NCBI GenBank assembly: GCA_042216015.1
Contig: JBDGUI010000019.1
Location: 1-20,997, forward strand
DNA from: Halodesulfurarchaeum sp.
Lineage (GTDB): Archaea > Halobacteriota > Halobacteria > Halobacteriales > Halobacteriaceae
Direction: 5' to 3'
Length of the DNA stretch: 20,997 nucleotides
The notes beneath the pieces were generated by a model. It ran no database searches, was not told the DNA's origin, and saw nothing but the letters and a program-made list of their open reading frames with translations. Below, piece by piece: positions 16,412-20,997 of this stretch. Each line of letters opens with the position of its first letter. The stretch's first letter is position 1. The position numbers were made by a program, and so were the translations under genes.

Positions 16412-17911
16412 ATGGCGAAGGATTCTCCCCCGAGTGGGACGTTCACCGAGAAGCTACAGGTCCGGGAGGCGTTGACCTTCGATGACGTGTTGCTCCGGCC
16501 GGCAGAGAGCCGAGTCGAACCCGACGAGGCCGACGTGAGCACCCGCGTCTCGACGAATATCGAACTCGAGATCCCGATTCTGTCCGCCGCGATGGACACC
16601 GTCACGGAGGCCGAGATGGCCATCGGGATGGCCCGTGAGGGTGGACTGGGCGTCCTCCATCGCAACATGGACGTCGAGGGGGCCGTCGAGGAGGTCGAAC
16701 GGGTCAAGCGCGCAGACGAGACGATCATCCGCCGCGAGAACGTCGTCACCGCCGATCCGGATCAGACCGTAAGTGAGGTCGACGAGATGATGAACGCGAA
16801 GGGCGTGAGTGGCGCTCCCGTCGTCGACGACGACGACACGGTCCTCGGAATCATCTCCGGCACCGACATTCGCCCGTATCTCGAGGTCGGGGATTACGAT
16901 GCAGTCCGGGAGGCGATGACCGATGAGGTCATCACTGCCCTCGAAGACGTGACCCCTCGCGAGGCGCTCGAACTGATGTACGAGCACAAGATCGAACGAG
17001 TCCCGATCGTCGACGACGAGAACCACCTCGTCGGGCTCGTGACCATGCAGGGCATTCTCGCGCGACGCGAGCACCAAGATGCGGTTCGAGACGGGGCGGG
17101 ACGGCTCCGCGTTGGCGTCGCGGTCGGTCCCTTCGAGATGGACCGCGCGACGGCCGTCGACGAGGCCGGCGCCGACGCCATCTTCATCGACACCGCACAC
17201 GCCCACAACCTGAACGTCGTGGACAGTGCCCGTGAGATCAAAGAGACCGTCGACGCCGACGTCGTCGTCGGGAATATCGGGACCGCAGAGGCTGCCCGCG
17301 ACATCGTCGACTTCGCCGACGGGCTCAAGGTCGGCATCGGGCCGGGGAGCATCTGCACCACGAGGGTCGTGAGCGGTGCGGGAATGCCCCAGGTGACCGC
17401 CGTGGCCGAGGTTGCAGATGTCGCCGCCGACCACGGCGTTCCGGTGATCGCCGACGGCGGGATCCGATACTCGGGCGATGCGGCCAAGGCCCTCGCGGCG
17501 GGGGCCGACGCCGTGATGCTCGGCTCGTACTTCGCCGGGACCGAGGAGGCCCCCGGTCGTGTCATCACGATCAAGGGGAAGAAGTACAAACAGTACCGGG
17601 GAATGGGCAGCGTCGGTGCCATGCAATCCGGCGGCGGGGACCGATACCTCAAGGAGGAACCGGAAGACGAGGAGTTCGTCCCGGAGGGGGTCGAGGCCGC
17701 GACCCCCTACAAGGGAACGCTCTCGAGCGAACTCCACCAACTCGTCGGTGGGATTCAGTCCGGCATGGGATATGCCGGGGCCCACAGCGTGGACGAACTC
17801 AAATCGGGGGCCCGGTTCGTCCGGGTCTCCCAGGCGGGCCAGCAGGAGAGCCATCCCCACGACGTGATGATCACCGACGAGGCGCCGAATTACAAGCCCC
17901 AGCGGGAGTGA
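16412..17911 (+). CDS. guaB: IMP dehydrogenase (with CBS pair)
   Basis: Motifs ALTFDDVLL, SAAMDTVTE, CBS domains, catalytic KVGIGPGSICTTR, IADGGI, YRGMGS and PEGVE. Confidence 0.97.
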   Translation: MAKDSPPSGTFTEKLQVREALTFDDVLLRPAESRVEPDEADVSTRVSTNIELEIPILSAAMDTVTEAEMAIGMAREGGLGVLHRNMDVEGAVEEVERVKRADETIIRRENVVTADPDQTVSEVDEMMNAKGVSGAPVVDDDDTVLGIISGTDIRPYLEVGDYDAVREAMTDEVITALEDVTPREALELMYEHKIERVPIVDDENHLVGLVTMQGILARREHQDAVRDGAGRLRVGVAVGPFEMDRATAVDEAGADAIFIDTAHAHNLNVVDSAREIKETVDADVVVGNIGTAEAARDIVDFADGLKVGIGPGSICTTRVVSGAGMPQVTAVAEVADVAADHGVPVIADGGIRYSGDAAKALAAGADAVMLGSYFAGTEEAPGRVITIKGKKYKQYRGMGSVGAMQSGGGDRYLKEEPEDEEFVPEGVEAATPYKGTLSSELHQLVGGIQSGMGYAGAHSVDELKSGARFVRVSQAGQQESHPHDVMITDEAPNYKPQRE

Positions 17912-18130
17912 TCGGCCCCAGGTTCCTGGTCCTGTTCCGTGGCGGTTCACTATGAATCGACGAATGATCGGTTTCACGCTCGGTGGACGCGGGGGATTCC
18001 TTCTCGATTCACCCGTTGCGAACAGATCTTTACAGCCGAGGGCCTCGCTCTCCTCGAATCGCTGTCCGCGCACGTGGTCGGTGCTCCCGACCCACGAACG
18101 GGGGTCACAGAGGTCCCCGGGTGAGCCGAC

Positions 18131-19894
18131 CTATTCCTCCTCGGGCGAGTCGACACCCGAAAATTCGAGCCGAAACCCCTTCGATTCGTCGTCGATGAGA
18201 TGCATCCGCCATCCGTGTGCCGTGGCGATTCGCTGGACCACGACGAGATCACAGGCGACGGACTCCCCACTGCCGATATGGGCCGACTCGACCGAATCGA
18301 CGCCGTCCGGGAGGCTCACGTCCTCCCGTTCGACGTAAAAGCCCTGTCTCACGGTTAGCTCCCCGACCCGAAAGGATCCATCGGATTCGCCGAGATTCGT
18401 GCAATTCTCGAAGAGCGTCTCGAAGAGGTGGCTCAGTCGGCCTCGATCCCCACGGATCGAGAGGCCGACGTCTGTTTGTAACGTCCCAGTCCCGGTTTCG
18501 ACGGCACGCCAGGTGTTCGTGATGAGGGTTTCGAGGTCGATGGTGGAGAGCCGGTCGAACCCCTCTCCCTTGCGGGCTAGCGTCAATGTGTAATCGATGA
18601 CGTGGTCCATTCGCTCGAGGGATTCCGATACCTGCTGGAGCGGTTCGAAGGTCCGTCCCTCTCGGGCAATTTCGGTCCACCCCTTGGCGACCGTCAACGG
18701 ATTTCTGAGATCCTGGGAGACCACTGCCGCGAACTCTTCGAGTCCGGCGTTGGTCCGTTCCAACTCCCGTTCGTAGGCCCTTTGCTCGGATATGTCCCGA
18801 GCGACGGTCAAGATCGATTCGGAGCCGAAATACTCGACCCGGGTCGCAACGACGTCCACCGGGACGATGGCACCGCTTGAGGTACGACATTCGGTTTCGA
18901 AGAACTCCTCGTCCGAATCGCCCCGCTTGAGCCGATCGAACGGTCGTTCGGCCCGATTCGTGACCAGCAATTCCCGGAGGTTCTTGGAGAGCAGATCCTG
19001 CTCTTTGCACTCGAAGAACCGGCAGGCCGCCTCGTTCACCTCGATGATGTCCCCGCCCGGCTCGTGGAGGATGAGTGGGTGTGGAATTCCCTCGACCAGG
19101 TCCCGATACGTCTCCCAGGATTCTCGCAGCGATTGGGCTCGACGTTTCAACTCGGTGATCTCCCGCATCGTCGTAACGGCACCTCTGATCTCTCCCTCTC
19201 GGGTTTCGAGGGGAAAGTACCGAATGTCGAAGACGTGATCCGTTCCATCCGGCCCCATTCGATTCATCTCGAACTGTGCGGTTTCGCCGTCGAGCACTCG
19301 CTCCACCTCGGGTTTGATTTCGGCATAGACATCCGGTGGGAGGACATCGGAGCGCGAGTCACCGGCGACGGGATCCTCCAGTGCGTGAAAGGTTCGGTAC
19401 CGCTCGTTTGCAAAGAGGAGCCGTTCGTTCTGATCGGTAGCCGCGATGAGATCGGTGGATCGCTCGATTGCCAATCGATAGATCGAGACGTCAAAGGAGC
19501 CGGCCTCGGGTGACGGCTCGACTGCCCCCTTCGCCGGTTTCGCGAGAACGACCGTCGGGTCGTCCTCGATCTTCTCCACCGTGACTCTTCTCTCTTCGCC
19601 CGAAGCCCGTGTGGCCGTGATCTGCACCGATTGAGCACTACCGTCTAGTGAATCGGACTCGGCATCTGTAAGGAAGGAGTCGATTTTTCGCCGATCGATT
19701 CGCTTCAATGAGAGCAGATCGGTGAGTGGGCCACCTCGGGCCTCCGGGGCGGAGTACCCGAAGAGTTCCTCACTTGCATCGTTCCATTCTGTCACGTACC
19801 CACCGGAATCGAGAACGATGATCGGATCGGAGACTGCCTCGATGATCGACGTGATCCTCTCGGCCCTCCGTCGATGGCCCATACCAAGTACCAT
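18131..19894 (-). CDS. Multi-PAS sensor with a degenerate histidine kinase module (probable pseudokinase); start uncertain (19933/19894/19882)
   Basis: Three PAS-like domains (WNDASEELFGY, FANERY...REITE, VNEAAC...ARDISEQ), a HisKA-like LEEFAAVVSQDLRNPL, and an eroded HATPase_c. Confidence 0.85.
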   Translation of the reverse strand: MVLGMGHRRRAERITSIIEAVSDPIIVLDSGGYVTEWNDASEELFGYSAPEARGGPLTDLLSLKRIDRRKIDSFLTDAESDSLDGSAQSVQITATRASGEERRVTVEKIEDDPTVVLAKPAKGAVEPSPEAGSFDVSIYRLAIERSTDLIAATDQNERLLFANERYRTFHALEDPVAGDSRSDVLPPDVYAEIKPEVERVLDGETAQFEMNRMGPDGTDHVFDIRYFPLETREGEIRGAVTTMREITELKRRAQSLRESWETYRDLVEGIPHPLILHEPGGDIIEVNEAACRFFECKEQDLLSKNLRELLVTNRAERPFDRLKRGDSDEEFFETECRTSSGAIVPVDVVATRVEYFGSESILTVARDISEQRAYERELERTNAGLEEFAAVVSQDLRNPLTVAKGWTEIAREGRTFEPLQQVSESLERMDHVIDYTLTLARKGEGFDRLSTIDLETLITNTWRAVETGTGTLQTDVGLSIRGDRGRLSHLFETLFENCTNLGESDGSFRVGELTVRQGFYVEREDVSLPDGVDSVESAHIGSGESVACDLVVVQRIATAHGWRMHLIDDESKGFRLEFSGVDSPEEE

Positions 19895-20042
19895 CGGTAG
19901 ACGGGTAATCAATTTACTGGCTGGAATGTTCAATTCAATGACGATTCATTTCGAAGCGACGGATGTGGAATCGTGTTTCAACGGTCACTGTCACTCGATT
20001 TTCCACCGTCAGAGACGGCCAGTAAGCAATCTGGGGAACCAG

Positions 20043-20477
20043 TCAGTTCGCCGTTCGCTCGGCAACGACGGTCCCGTCTATTCTGAGCTGAACGGTTAGA
20101 TTTCCTGGGTCCTCACCATAGACCGGCAGGGGGACATCTCGAGATACTGTTTGTCCCGGGCCAATCGACAGTGTGCCTACCTTGGCGAAGCTATCGTTTT
20201 CCACGTATCTGATGGCAATCGGAACCCTCGTCGCGTTCGTTCCGTGATTCGTCACCGCGACGGTGACGACGATGGTTTCGCCTTCGACGGCGGTCCGGAC
20301 GATGGAACCCGAGATTCCCCGGTCGGTGGGCGGGGGCTGGGTGACGGTCGTGGCCGGCACGTTCGTCCTGGTCCCCACGTCGGTGGTCGGCTGGGGTGGT
20401 GTGCCTGCGTCAGGGGCCGGTGCCGCACAACCGGCGAGGGCCACCAGAACGAGGACGAGTCCGATTCGAGTGTTCAT
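20043..20477 (-). CDS. Secreted lipoprotein with a Pro/Thr linker and a beta-sandwich (CARDB/Ig-like) domain; alternative start 20489
   Basis: Signal MNTRIGLVLVLVALAGC (LAGC lipobox), a PT-rich linker, then VTVAVTNHG...LSIGPGQTVSRDV. Confidence 0.75.
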   Translation of the reverse strand: MNTRIGLVLVLVALAGCAAPAPDAGTPPQPTTDVGTRTNVPATTVTQPPPTDRGISGSIVRTAVEGETIVVTVAVTNHGTNATRVPIAIRYVENDSFAKVGTLSIGPGQTVSRDVPLPVYGEDPGNLTVQLRIDGTVVAERTAN

Positions 20478-20577
20478 CGTCGAATTCATACAGGGTGAAA
20501 CGTCGGAAGGGTTGCGATTTCGGGGGCCGGACTCCGGTCTCCTCGGTAGTGACCCCGCTCTGGGACTGGAACTTCAC

Positions 20578-20757
20578 TCATCTCAGGTACAATTTTCGGA
20601 CTCTGTATCCGGTGTAGACTGTCGCGAGAATCATCGCCAAGGCGACGATCAGGAACACCTCCGTCCCCGATTGCAGCCATCCGAAGAGGAAAACGACCCC
20701 CGCGAGGGCGAAAAGCGCGACGGTGGCGAGATCGAAGGCGAGGTTCGTGTCTTTCAC
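20578..20757 (-). CDS. Small two-TM membrane protein (59 aa), not in the ORF track
   Basis: GTG at 20757 gives MKDTNLAFDLATVALFALAGVVFLFGWLQSGTEVFLIVALAMILATVYTGYRVRKLYLR*. GGAGAGAGGG lies just upstream. Two hydrophobic helices and a basic tail. Confidence 0.7.
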   Translation of the reverse strand: MKDTNLAFDLATVALFALAGVVFLFGWLQSGTEVFLIVALAMILATVYTGYRVRKLYLR

Positions 20758-20883
20758 GGTCCCTCTCTCCGTTCGAATTTGTTTCGGTGCTTGACAGATG
20801 AGTGCCTGTCCATATCAATCCCAATTGGGGGCGGGTGATTTGATGGTTTGCTTTTCGAGACTTCCGGAGGCTACCGGGGAGTT

Positions 20884-20976
20884 CGGGCGCGATTGAGAAC
20901 ATCCGATCGGAGCGAAGCACCTCTCTGCGTTCGAATCGCTGCCCGCATTGCTTCTCGCCTTCGTTCGTCGCAAAAG
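20884..20976 (-). repeat. Trailer element of the right-hand tRNA: inverted and direct copies of its 3' end
   Basis: Direct copy at 20884-20900 (GTTCTCAATCGCGCCCG on minus) and inverted copy at 20929-20947 (GTTCGAATCGCTGCCCGCA on plus). Confidence 0.75.
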
Positions 20977-20997
20977 CGGGCCGGGCGCGATTTGAAC
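20977..20997 (-). tRNA. 3' end of a tRNA cut by the window edge (probably tRNA-Lys)
   Basis: The minus strand reads GTTCAAAT-CGCGC-CCGGCCC-G followed by CTTTT: T-loop, T-stem, acceptor strand and discriminator G. Identity is inferred from the implied GGGCCGG acceptor stem; the anticodon is outside the window. Confidence 0.65.

Noticed and set aside
16454..18073. 539-aa minus-strand ORF, and similar long antisense ORFs such as 712-2115 and 15001-16254
   Set aside because: These overlap well-supported genes, have no recognisable motifs, and are typical shadows of high-GC codon bias.
20486..20920. 144-aa minus-strand ORF
   Set aside because: It is Arg-rich with no motifs and starts within the tRNA trailer; the 59-aa membrane ORF in another frame is more plausible.

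Overview
This is a GC-rich haloarchaeal (class Halobacteria) chromosomal window: the proteins are acidic, several genes are leaderless with a TATA box about 25 nt upstream of the start, and there is an intron-containing tRNA-Trp. Most of it is housekeeping: MBL hydrolases, an FAH-family protein, a hisC/adenylate-kinase/CDP-alcohol phosphatidyltransferase operon, aMBF1, tpiA, dinB, gch3, two moeA genes, a histidine kinase, TrkA, an amphi-Trp protein, an M20 hydrolase, tRNA-Trp, a DUF5794-type membrane protein and guaB. After guaB comes an accessory-looking block (PAS pseudo-kinase, lipoprotein, an unlisted 59-aa membrane protein) and then the 3' end of a second tRNA. The most notable signal is that both tRNA genes carry the same trailer architecture: tRNA 3' end, an inverted copy of that same 3' end, then a direct copy. 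Each trailer is built from its own host tRNA's sequence, and they share junction motifs. Also notable are a G-U wobble at the target position of the U39 guide in the tRNA-Trp intron box C/D RNA, a full-length PAS kinase with its catalytic motifs eroded, a triplicated ~33-bp unit that supplies the ends of both tpiA and dinB, and a probable 59-aa leader ORF before DUF5794. Family assignments come from motif recognition, not database searches.
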